Of a DNA stretch of 64,000 bases, positions 10,821 to 22,715 are shown piece after piece. The position numbers and the translations under genes were made by a program. The stretch covers positions 1-64,000 of the forward strand of contig DF236981.1 of assembly GCA_000708835.1 (NCBI GenBank), written 5' to 3'. Numbering within the stretch: position 1 is the stretch's first letter; every line of letters starts with the position of its first letter. The notes beneath the pieces are model-generated. The model did no database searches. It had not been told where the DNA came from and saw nothing but the letters and a program-made list of their open reading frames with translations. The stretch comes from Klebsormidium nitens (taxonomy: Eukaryota; Plantae; Klebsormidiophyceae).

Positions 10821-11878
10821 ATGGCACAGGGCATCAGCGCACAGCTGCTGATACCGAAGCTGCGGCCGTACCTCCCCGACGACGCCATCATCAGCCAGGA
10901 GGCGACCACCGGATTCCAGCAATCTGTCACCCACCCGTCCGCAAACCGCACCCGCAACATGGATTTCCTGGGGACGAAGGGGGACATCGTCCTGAAGTAC
11001 TGCCTCTGTCTGATGTTCTGCACCGAGAACCCGAACGTCCGGTCCCCCGGGCAGCTCTCGGACGCCGTGGCTGGGGCTGCAAACAACGCGTCCTGGCCCA
11101 CGTGTACAGGGACCCGCTCGGGCTAGAACCCGAGGACATCGCCGTGGGGGGGGACTACGCATACGCCAACCAACAGCGCTCGGTACACAGGCGCGGCACT
11201 GTGGTAGAGGCGTTCCTGGCCGTCATCGACCACCACCTAGGACTGGACGCCTGCAGGGTGTTCGTCCGCAGGGTCTGGAGCGCCTTCTTCCGGAGCCAGG
11301 GGGTGGCGTTCACCACCTTCAAGCACTACGACCCCATCTCCCAGATGGAGACGAAGCTAGCGCAGCACATGGAGGGGCAGCCCAAGGACTGGCTGGCGGT
11401 CCACGAGGATGGGCCCACCGCCCAGGGCCAATTCTGGGCAGAGGGCGGCATCAAGTCTGCACCGTACGAACTGCTCAGGGGCCCTGTGTACGCCCGGTCC
11501 AAGAACAAGGCGAAACGGGCGATCTACACCGAACTCGATTCGGACCCGCGTCTAACGGCCTTCATCACCAACCACGTCAAGCCGCCGAAGAAGAGCAGAT
11601 TGGCGCGCCCGCTGGTCGCCGCGGCAGATGACGCGGCCGCGGGGACGGGCGCGCAGAGCTCCGCCGGAGACACGGAGGCAGCCACCGGAACGGACGAGAC
11701 GGACGGAAAGCCGCCGAAGAAGAGCAAACCGGCGCACCCGGCGCGCGCGGCGGCCGGGAACGCGGCCGCTGAAACCGACGCACCGAGCTCCGCCGCGGAT
11801 ACGCGGGCGGCCGCCGGATCCAGCGGAACAAACGGACTGCCGGAGCCACCCGCAAGTTCCGGCACGGCGCCCGCATGA
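10821..11878 (+). pseudogene. RNase III-like protein (RNase III domain + dsRBD + duplicated basic tail), split by a 1-nt deletion at ~11092; an intact ~352-aa CDS if this is an assembly error
   Basis: Joining frames gives ...DFLGTKGDIVLKY...PGQLSDAVAGAANNAS/LAHVYRDPLGL...RRGTVVEAFLAVIDHHLGLDACRVFVRRVW (RNase III fold pattern), then DPISQMETKLAQ..EDGPTAQGQFWAEG..ARSKNKAKRAIYTEL (dsRBD pattern). No intron in the CDS; a possible acceptor lies just upstream of the ATG. Confidence 0.75.
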
Positions 11879-12470
11879 GCAGAATGCTTGCGGATTTGCG
11901 GGCTGCAGACAGGGTACCCAGTGTAATCGGATGGCTGGCTCACCGGCGGCGTTACTCAAAGTGCGGGCTGCCATACAGAGTCGTCTCGTAGCAAACGTAG
12001 CACAGTTCATTCTACATAATGCTAGAACCTTCATAGAGTCTGAGATAGCTGCTCGGAAACGATCCTGCTGAAGTGTGACGGCGGAAGACACTGACTCGTT
12101 CTGTATAGGCCTCCAACAATTTTGTCCCAGTCGCTCAGAACGTTCCTTCTACATCCCAGCCGAACTCAAATGATGACGCTGATTGCGTCGACCTTGTACA
12201 GTCACTTTGTTTCTCATCGGTCCTACTTTCGAGTTTGCTTCACGCTCTACCTGCCGCACGCATCGGCGTCGGCGCGGCCGCGCGCGGTTAGCCCGATTGA
12301 ATTATTCCATGCAAATATTGAACTTCAAGTACTACTAAAATTACGTAATATTCGGTCCGATTACCGTCCGATTGCAAAATCCACACATATCACCCCCGTA
12401 CGACCTCTGTCCATACGAGCCCGCTTACCCAGTGGCCAGCGTCCTGCATTGGTATGCTACCATCCTGGTT

Positions 12471-13034
12471 CCACGTGTCACAGCCACTCTCCTAGATGAC
12501 GTCAATTAATCTGGTGATGTGACTAACTTACACTATGCTGTCCCTGCTCATCACGGCAAAATTAAAAACACCAAGAGAAAACTTTGACACAGGGCAAGCC
12601 AAGTCGGAAATATATTGTATAAGGGGTCTCTGACGTCACTAAGCCAAGGGTCCACAAAATTATAATTGTCGTCATGATGGAACCGACTGGAAGCCTCCAG
12701 CGTATACCGAGGGAATTTTTCTCGACTCCAAAAGAAAGTGGTCAGCGCAGAACTGAGCCTTCGTACGGGGTTCCGGACACGATCCGGACGGGACTGCAAG
12801 ACACCGAGTCACGATACCGCCCTCACTTTTCTGCACTATAAAAGCGGACAAATCCAACCATCATTTCTCATTTCCGACTTTCCGAGCTCCGGATTTCTGA
12901 GTGCGCAGGCGGCGGCGCCCAGGGTCGACCAGCAGGGCCAAGAAGGTGACGTCAGAAGCTTGCTGACGTAATATTTAGAATTATACAGTGTGTTACTATG
13001 TACAACCGGTAAACTTAGCCTAAGTTTAGGCTAA
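12471..13034. promoter_or_regulatory. Cluster of bZIP-type palindromic sites, TATA-like box and nested hairpin
   Basis: CACGTG near 12472; TGACGTCA at 12497, 12631 and 12947; TGACGTAA at 12964; TATAAAA near 12837; overlapping inverted repeats at 13011-13034. Function is not demonstrated. Confidence 0.3.
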
Positions 13035-13518
13035 ATACACCCTATCTATCGAATCCAACCGGGAAGCATGCCCTGAAAATGCTGTAAACGTCTCTGTTTC
13101 CATCCCTGGACGGCGAAATGGGGTACATTTGATTCTGGGGAATGGCAAGTTAGCTGCACAACAGCATAGATTCTGGGTTGATGGCTGCATGCGAAATGGT
13201 CGGCTGTGAGATCTGAACTATCATAGAATATTTTCATCGAATCTAGTTTTTGCTGCTCATAGGGTGAGAAATGCCGTTAAGCAGGATCGTGCCACCTTTG
13301 TGAAGCAGATCAGACTTGTGCAACAGAGTACTGGTCTACAGGTAAACTTTTTGGGACCTTGACCATGTCATTTGGACCAAATCGGACCTCCGGCGTAGGC
13401 ACTGTTTTGTGACGTGATGAGATCGCCTAAGAGTAGGCCCATGAACAGGAGCTAACGTAAGGTGCAACATTAGGAGCAGTCTGATGTGTCCATTGCGACG
13501 GGTCACATAAGCCTACAC

Positions 13519-16500
13519 ATGGCCAGGGTGTCAAATGTCATTCAGGATAGGAGAGGCGGGTCGAAGGCTATCAACTTGAAAGGCAGCTCGGGAGCACTCC
13601 TGGTTGATGGCATATTTGCGACGCGTTTCCTGCGGCGCGTCGAATACGCGGTGCGGCAGGGGCTGGCAGTGGGAATTGCCTGCATTTGGGTGCTGATCCC
13701 AACAATTGCATCCCCTTTCTCTCGGTGAGATTCCTTACACCAAGTTCGATAGAAAAGAGTAATGATTGATTAAACTTCGCCGGACTGCAGGCTTCAAGGC
13801 AGCAACCGAGCATTGGAAGTTTGTCTGCCAAGATGCAGGGTCATGCACTGCTGTTGTCATCTCTTTTTCATTCAATTGTCGCTTGAACGTGAACTGAGAG
13901 TGCTAAGATACCACTTTGCATCTGCAATCTTACGCTCCCTTTCCATGTCAGTCACCCGGCAACTTTCACATTCCATATCGTGGGGACGTATGCTGAGCAA
14001 AGTCCCCCTGCACAGTTGCAAAGACAACTGCATCTCAAGTTTTCTCAAGCTATCGCTTGTCTGGTCCTCGCTCCAAGCTGCATCGTGCTGAAGATACCGT
14101 AGGCTCTTGGACATGGAGAAGAAAGAAAAGTCTGGCATACCATCTGGTGGCGGATGCTGTTTGTGTGCCTGCTGGCGTTGACACGCTGTCTCTCGGCAGG
14201 GTTGCCTTCTTGGCAGCAGTGCTGGCACTCATTTCGTGTAACGAAAACTTTGGCCGCACTATTCGAAGTGGTGTGCTATGTCTGCTGGCGGCGGTTGCGG
14301 GTGCGCTCCTGGTGACGGCATGGCATGAGGCCGTTGGCACCTCCTACGGTGCCAGCTGGGGAGGCGTCGCGCTCTTCAGCTTCCTGCTCACTTACCCGCG
14401 CTTCGACCCGCTCGCCCTCAAGATTGCGCAAGTGCTCAACGTGTCGAGCCTCATCACATTCCACCTTACCCCCACCCTGCCATGGTGAGGGGCGGGGCAG
14501 TGCTGCCTGTTGCAAGAGACATGTGCGCTCTAGACTTCCACCAGAGTGAGATCAGCTCTGATAACCAGCACCCACCGCTCGTTCCATTCATGCTGTAGCT
14601 TACTTCGTCGCATCAAAAGAACGTTCGCCGCACTTGCACAATGGATGGAGGCATGCCATCAGCCATGGAATGGCATCTGACATGCATGCTTCGGTGATTT
14701 TTTTCAGGTACTTTCCTTTCCAGACGGCTGCTGCATGTGCTGTCGGGTGTGGCTCTGCGATCATTGCCCTCGTCCTGCCGTACCCCCGCGCTGCATCTGC
14801 GGAGGCCAAGACGCGCGTGGCCACCGCCGCCAAAGTGTCCACTGCCATCTTCAGCTCCCTGGTGGAGTCGTACACGGCGCTCTCGGTGAGGACGACCACT
14901 CTGCCCAGCTAAGGACCTCGGTGTCCAGAACCGTCGCGACAAGGACAAATGGTCTGTGGCCACAGAAATTCTGACAGCTCAGCAAATCAGTCCAAGGAAA
15001 AGGCAGAACACTCCTCATTGCGTTGCCCCTACTTCATGTTTCGGACCACTGAAGCCAACCATATAAACTCATGCGGACCTTTCCCCCTTGTTGTGACCCG
15101 ATTCATATGCGTGGTCGCTTGCAGGATGAGCGCGCAACATTCATGCAGCTCCAGGCGGCATATCTGATGCAAAGCGCAGACCTGAACCTGGGCTGGTTTC
15201 AGGCGGTCGTGTCCGATCTGAGCTGGGAGCCCTGGGTACGCCGCCGCTGGTCGCGCCAGGTGGCAGCCTACGTGCAGCTGACCAAGGAGCTGACCACCTG
15301 CTTGCGCGGCATGCACCGCGCTGTCACGGACTGGGACCTCCAGAACTCAGCGCACAACCCCCTGGTAAGCCACCGGGTGCCCACATCTAGCGTGTATTCA
15401 AACGGCTTCGAAGTCGGCTGAGTCGTCCGAGCTTCTGAGAGACATAGAATATGCCCATCACTCTAATAGACAAATGACGGCATGACGGCAAATGTCGTCA
15501 ATACATTGTAAGGCTGCTAAGCAGTGGTCGCTGCTGGCTTGTCTCATGCAGAAGAGCAAGATGGCGGCCGCCCTGCGGCGCCTGGGCATGTGCACGGGGT
15601 ACTCGCTTGGCCATGAGGCCGCTCTGCTGCGAGGCGCGCACCACGATCCCCCTGATGTCGCGGCAGCCGGGGGCGCCTGCCTGGAGGAGAGCGTGCTGAG
15701 CGATTTCCTGCATGATCTGCAGCTGGCAAGGTTGGTGCTTTCGAAATGATTACATTCGTCACAACACTTTTCGGATTGCAAGGCCACGATGAGCACGTAT
15801 CTCGGCGGCTTGGTTTTGGATTGACAGGCGGTATTGTCTGGGCTGCAGAGAATATGCATACTACCGGGAGCCGTATACCGAGAACGGGCAGGTGGTGTTC
15901 CCCAACGCGCCGCTGTGGGGCATGCTGGCGTCCTCCTTCTTCCTCTTCCATGCCTACCAGTACGCGTGCGCAATTCACAAGGTAAGCACACGCCTTGCAG
16001 CATTACACTGGCGCTGACTGGACTAGGCTTCTTCAAGTGCCGTCAAACAATTGCTCGTTCTGCCCTCCTTGCGGGAGGAGGGGTGTGACGTGTGCTGTGG
16101 AGGCTTGCGAAGGCAATGACTCCAAGAATAGTCCGTTCACGAAGTGAGGGGCACAGGGTGTGCCTGGCTGCTTCATTCAGTCGACTCTAAGATCCTGATT
16201 GGTACACTGGTACAGGCGCAGGTGGCCCTGGCCCAGCTCGGCGAGGCAGGGGCGCAGCGGGAGAGCAGCGCAGGCGAGGACGAGCAGGCGGAAGCAGAGG
16301 AGGGACAGGCAGACGATCCTGCGCCCCAGAAGGGCGGCCCTCATGTTGTGGCACGCAAGGCCACGTCCGCTGCAAAGGTAGGCCGCCCAGGCCTGTGAGA
16401 GACCTCGTCTGGGTGAATCACGAGGCTAATCAGGCGCTGCTCGAGATGGACCTTGTAACGAGAACGTGCCCAAGTTTCTCTTGACCCAGTCCCGCACGAC

Positions 16501-19500
16501 GCCGGGAGCTCAGCAATCTGCTTGACAGCACCCTCTCAGCCTTCAAAAATAAGCAGCGTTAAATGGAGGTGGTCCGGGGTTTTGTGCTTGGCTAGCGCCT
16601 GCCATTCGGCGTGCTCAAGAGCATCAACTTCTGGACGGATTACACCCTCTGATGTGGCCCCACCTCGTGGCAGGCTGTGTGGGCGGGGCTGGTCGCATGG
16701 TGGGCTCCGGACGGCGACAAGGTGAAGGAGGCGGTGCGGCGGACGGCGGCCCTCGTGTGCGCGGGCATCGTGGGGCTGGCCCTCTCCCCGTACGGCCTGT
16801 GGGCGGCGATCGCGGCAGCCTTCGTGGGCGGGCAGCGCATTGGGGGCTCCTTCAACACGGCCTTGAACAGGCTGCAGGTAAGCACAGACTGCGGCAGAGA
16901 TGATGCTCGAGAAGGGGTTGAGCAGAGACAAACCTGCATCGTCTTATGCGGCTTAACACGAGGAAGACGCTTTCCTTGCGCGGCTTGAGTCGCTGTGGGA
17001 CGCTGTATCCCCGTGCGAGGGGAAGGGAGAGGTGGATGGTTTACTACGTGCGTGTTCGTTCCCGTTTCACTCCCCCCTGCTTTGCTCCTTGCAGGGCAGT
17101 GTGGCTGGGGCGGTCGCTGGCTTCCTGCTTCTGCTGGCGGTGCGCAAGGTGCCAGCTGTGATTGGCGTCACCCTGGCGCTCTGGGTGGCGGTCAGCGGCT
17201 ACGTCAGGACCAACGCGGGTGAGCTGCGGAGCTGTGGTGCCTTTGGAGTCGTAGCGGTCTTGCCTAAGATTGCACCGCATACGTACGTTGAGCTCCACTG
17301 TACCGAGTTGTCATGCCCATCTGGATGTCGCTGGGAGATTTGTCTTCAGAAGCGGGGCTGTACTGATTGCCATGCTCGAACATGCCACTCTGCAATGAAG
17401 CCTCTTTTCGTCCGGCCTCGCCTTGTTGTTCGCCACGCAAACGTTCTACCCCCGCGCCCCGGTGGTGACGATGGGCTGTGTGTGTGGTGCGGCATGCAGA
17501 GCACGGGTACGGCGGCCTGGTGGGCGGCTTCACGGCCATTGTGATCATGCTGGGGCAGCCGCCCGACATCCCGCGCGCCACGCTCGAGACGTACGCCTTC
17601 ACGCGCCTCTACGAGCAGTGCATCGGCATCCTCTTCGTCGTTCTCTTCGACTACGCGCTCTGGCCCGCACGCGCCGTCAAGCTCATCCACCAGGAGGCCA
17701 CCGCAAACATGAATCGGTAACTTCACTAGGCATTCGCGGAGTGTCTTTGCTGCCTGGAATTGAAAAGAGCAGCTCGAGTAGGTTGCCTCAAATGTGCTGC
17801 CAAAGCCGGATCGAGGAATCAGTGGTTTCGAGACCAGCACCTATGTAGTTGAAGGTCATGACGTGTCGATGTTTGGGGCTCGGGGGTGGAAGAAGGGGGC
17901 CTCAACGATCGATTGCCTAATGCCTAGATCAGAGTGGCATCCGTTTTGAAGCATTTTTGGCAATTTTTCCTTGACTCCGCGCCGCACAGAGATATACGTT
18001 CGAGTCAAGGGAGCTAGCCGCCCCTGCTTGCCAGCAACACGTCTTTGATGAACCGTATCAGCGAATGCGTGCAGGCTGGGCGAGCTGTGGTCGCTGCTGC
18101 TGGAGCAGTACCTGGACGCACACACACTGGAGCACCGCCGAGCGGCCGTTGTGGACATCATTCGGCTGGAGGCGACCATCACCGCCAGCGTGGCCAAACA
18201 GAAGCAGCTGGCCAAGGTGACGCCGCTGCCTGAACGATAACACAAAAAGATCCATGTGCTATGTTCAACCGCATTCGCTCTCGCTTGCTTTGCTTGCAGC
18301 GTCACTTGCCTTCTCGGAGACCGCACGGCGCCCTCTAATATCTTTTGCATGTCCTGCTGCTTTGAAGCGGCTTTACCGTTGAGTATATCGCGGAGCAGGG
18401 ACGTCTAGCCCGCGGTGGCCGGCTGCTGGCAGTGTTGTGAGCTGGCTGGCGCGGTGTGCAGGACGCGGCGCAGGAGCCGCAGCTGTGGCACGCGCCGTTC
18501 CCGGAGGCTCCCTGGCAGTCGCTGATTGCGGGGCAGGAGTCGGCGGTGCGCCTTATGGGCACCGTCCGGCGGACCATGAGCGTGCGCACCAGCGAGGTGC
18601 TTGCCGAGCAAATGGGCGTCCTCGTGCAGCCGCTGCGGTGAGCAAAGCCTGGGCGGGGACGCCTCTGGAATTGGAAGCTTTTGATTCGCCGATGGCACTG
18701 CTCTGATCCTGAATTAGCTGAGCTCGGTTTTGTGGCTCGCCTTAGTGATCAGTCCCCTTGATATTGCGGCCCGCTCCGACCGCTCCCCGTCAGACCTCGC
18801 AGCTGCGGCGTGCTTGCTAGGCCGTGCGTGAGCGCGTGCTGGGTTGCGTGCAGGCCTCAACTGGAGGTGCTGGGCCAGGAGATCCAGGCCACGTTCATGG
18901 GCCTCGTTGCGGGCATGGGGGGCCGCCCTGCCGCCGTCCCCGGCAGCCTCACCACCCAGGAACCCCCGCAGCGAAGTTGGCGCACCTGGCTGCACCGCCT
19001 GCGGCCGCGCAGAGGGACCAGCGGGGACAAGCGCGAGGAGGGCAGCAGGCAGGAAGCAGTGGGAGAGCAGGCAGGCAAGGGGCCCGGGACGGCTAACGGT
19101 GCCCCGCCCGCCAGCCTGCCGGTCAGCCTGTCGGGCCTTAGCAGTGCAAGCAGCGCGGAGCGCAGCAGCCGCACGGCAGACACGGCGTCCCTGGAGGACG
19201 GCAGCCCGCACAGCACGGGGCCGCCGGTGTGGCCCGGGCCGGAGCCGGTGCGCACGTGGAGCATGCCGCACCTGGTGGTCAACGTGGCCGCGCTGAGCCC
19301 NNNNNNNNNNNNNNNNNNNNNNNNNNNNNNNNNNNNNNNNNNNNNNNNNNNNNNNNNNNNNNNNNNNNNNNNNNNNNNNNNNNNNNNNNNNNNNNNNNNN
19401 NNNNNNNNNNNNNNNNNNNNNNNNNNNNNNNNNNNNNNNNNNNNNNNNNNNNNNNNNNNNNNNNNNNNNNNNNNNNNGGCAGCAGCCTGGGAGAAAACAA

Positions 19501-20909
19501 GACCCCCTTGGCACGTGGCCACCGGCGGCAGGGCACAGCGCCGCAGGGGACGCGCAGCGAGGGGAACACGCCCCGGCCGCAGCGGAGCAGGCCACCGTCG
19601 TACAGCCAGCGGGTTGTCGACGAGATCGACGCCAGGATCGCTGCGATCGAGAGGGAGGAAGAGGAAAAGGCCGAGCGGCAGCGGGCGAGGCGGGCCAGCC
19701 TGGACAGGCAATGCAGAGACGGCGGGGGAAGCCTGAAGCAGAGAACGGAGTCAATGGAGCACAGCCGCACCCCGCACGCAGTGGCCCCTCTGGGCAAGGC
19801 TGCGCAGGCGGCGCTGTCGGTGGAGGTGGTGGTTGGGCGGGGCGGCCAGGTGGAGCTAGCAGCACGCCCGCCGGCAGGAGGCGGCAGCGCGAGTGAGCTC
19901 AGCTGTAGCCCGAGCCCGAGCAGCGATGGCAGCACGCACGCGCGGCAGTTCGAGGCATGGAACGAGGTGTCCATCCAAGGGGGCGCCGTCCCAGATTTGG
20001 TGCTCGGGGAGCGCCGCACAGCAGCCGCGCAGGCGGGGGCAGGGGCGGCGGGAGCAGAGGGACCGCAAGCAGGGGAGGCAACGACGAGGGGGGGCAGCGC
20101 AGTGCGGCCACAAGGCACGCCGGAGGGGATAGCGGAGAAGGGCGGGTGGACTGAGGGAGGCGGTTTGGAGGAGGAGGAGGAGCAGGCCGATGCGGGGGAG
20201 TCGAAGAGCAGCGGACAGCGGGCGGACGGCGCCGAATTGGATGGCGAGGGGGAAACTGAGGCTGACGGGGAGGCACCGGACGTAATGGTGGGCCCCACGC
20301 TGCGCGAGCGGCGGCAGCGCGCGCTGGCAGGGCTGCAGCGGCGGTACGAGGCGGTAATCCAGGGGCTGATTGCGGCGCGGCGCGCGGAGCCGGAGACGCC
20401 GCTGCTGGGGAGCGAGGCGCTGCTGCACTTCAACACGCTCATGTATACCATGCGGCTGCTCATTGGCGAGGCCGAGAAAATGGAGAAGGCCATCCGCGAA
20501 GGGCGCCAGGTGAGGGAGCCCGTACCTGGTCTTGCAGCCCACTTGAGCGGTCTGCGTTTCCGGAATAACAGAACCAGTTGCGTGGAAAGGCTGCTGTGAG
20601 TTGATTGCACTTATGTGTAACGCTATACTCTCAGCACGGCAGTCCTGCTGTGCTGCTGAGAAGCATCCTTCAACCTGCAGTGCCTGTTTCAAAAGAGCAT
20701 GCCTAATCGGCCCTTCTCTGTCTCTGCCGCAGATGTCGCGCCCGATCCGGCTGGGCACCATCGCGCAGCTGCCGTACGACGTGGCGGTGAAGCGCGAGGC
20801 CGCGTACGACCAGGACCCGGTGACGCAGCTGCTGGGGCCGGGGCCCACGCCGTCCGCACTGTGGCGGCACCGCATCAACGAAGAGGCAGACGAGGGAAAG
20901 GACGATTAG
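13519..20909 (+). CDS. FUSC/AaeB-like aromatic acid exporter family membrane protein (ALMT-related superfamily), ~14 exons
   Basis: Phase-consistent exons from ATG 13519 to TAG 20909. Two hydrophobic modules; FUSC-type motifs GLWAAIAAAFVGGQRIGGSFNTALNRLQGSVAG, HGYGGLVGGFTAIVI, AFTRLYEQCIGI..LWPARA, EPQLWHAPFP. One exon spans the N-gap. Confidence 0.8.
19301..19477. other. Assembly gap (177 N) inside a very GC-rich exon
   Basis: Run of N. The coding frames on either side differ, so the gap length is only an estimate. Confidence 0.99.
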
Positions 20910-22715
20910 ACTGCTCAGCAAGATAGACATGCGCGCGCTCGCCAGAGACATGCCCAGTATAAGAAGCTCCGCATGCAAGGTAGTCATTATAGTCAAACGG
21001 CTGCTCTAGCCGAGCCATGAGCTCGTAGGTAAGAGATCACCACGCAGATTGCTACCCAGCGTCGCAGCTCTCTGTGGCTGTTGGTATCTTTCTGCAGCTT
21101 TACCGGTCCTGGTGCTGGTCAAAAGACCTGGAGTAGTACATACTTTTGATATAAAAACTTGGCCGTCACAGAGACAGTCATTTGCGATATGCTAACATGG
21201 AATTTGTGATATAGATACCGAGGCCGACGGAGAAACACCAAGTGATCGAAGAAGGTAAAGCGTCCTCTTTTGCCCAACTTGACGTCTCAGTATTGATGTT
21301 TGATTCACAATGACGCATAGTGCCTACGCCAATTGATGCTGCGGCATCCACATGAAGCCGTACAGAACCAAAGCTCTCTTGCACGATTGTCGGCGTCAGT
21401 TGCAGCCACAGCTTGCAGGTGAGCCACAGCCAGTATGAAGCGGCGGCTCATATGATGGAGTACTGCACATGAAACGAAACGTTTGACGTACGTGACGGTG
21501 CAGTAAGTAAGTTATAGCTTAACTCTGGTTGTACGTTATATATTGCATGCACATGATATGACATTGGCGGGCCAGTTGCCATACCAGTTGCGTGTGACGA
21601 AGGCCGATATTCAAGCCTGAGCGACTGAAAATTGCGCATCGTGAATTAGGCTTGTGATTAATGAAGCTTAGCTTACGTCGCAATGATCGAGGGAACCGTC
21701 GAGCCGGACAATACGTGCCATGCAGACTATAGCTGCAATAAATATTGATAAATTTTGATCAAACGTACGGGAACTTACACGAGCCCAGTGTCCCGGGCCC
21801 ATATACGGGACCGATACGCATGTGCAGCATGCTATAACGCAGAGCTCAAGTCATGCAAACCATGAATCATTGATTTGTGTGCATGACCGTCAGAAGATAT
21901 ATATCCACGGATCATGCACGCGTGTGATACTTATTATCAATGCTAGAAGCATCGACACCATATCATTTGCATATATATTGCGATTGATAAAATCACGTTG
22001 ATCCCGGAGTCCAAAAATAATTAATGAAGTCGTAAAGGCACGCGTCCATTACCGGTCACATGCATCGATCGTTTAATCTCATGTTTAAGGTGGCAAACAT
22101 AGCGGCATGCAAGCGACTGCAGCTTAGACGAAATGGCTGGAGTTGCCTCTCAGTCGGTCGTGGATGCGCTATGCGAGGCCATCATTCATTCATCATTCAT
22201 CATTCTTTTCCTCTTTAAGTCACAGTCCGGTCTCTCAGAAGCCTGCTAAACTCAGCGCATGGCCATTGGTCTTGGGTCGGACGGCTGGCCAATCCCCGCT
22301 GATGCGCGCTGGACTTTCCACGACGTGCACGTACTTTCCCTGGTGCCTCGATCAAAACGCTAGTTTCACTCAGGCGTAATGACGCGGCTGCTCAGGCAGT
22401 TGCTGGATGCTAATCGGATGCCTTGAGCAACACAGCGAACGGCTATCGTCACCCTGGCAGGGCAGGTAACCTGCCAGTGCATCGATGACCGATGACCTGG
22501 TTAGCGTGAGTAACCTGATGATAAGCAGTGAGTTTCCATTGCGCTCGCCGTATAGGGCCGTACTTTGGCGTACACGACATGCCCAAACTCAACTTGAGGC
22601 TAAGTTCGTCAAACAACACAGCCCCTCTTCCTTTTCTCTCTCGGGTATGGCAGCCCTCAAATAGGGGAGTGGTGCCGCGACACATGCGCACTGCGTCCCT
22701 TGTGCGCGTTGTGTC

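Noticed and set aside
13011-13050. Helitron 3' terminus
   Set aside because: A hairpin is present, but there is no CTRR end at the expected distance and no Rep/helicase remnant.
18714-20878. Long minus-strand ORFs (383, 443, 340, 284 aa), and similar long ORFs opposite ABCA1 and TIC62 exons
   Set aside because: Antisense shadows of GC-rich coding exons, some artificially extended through Ns.
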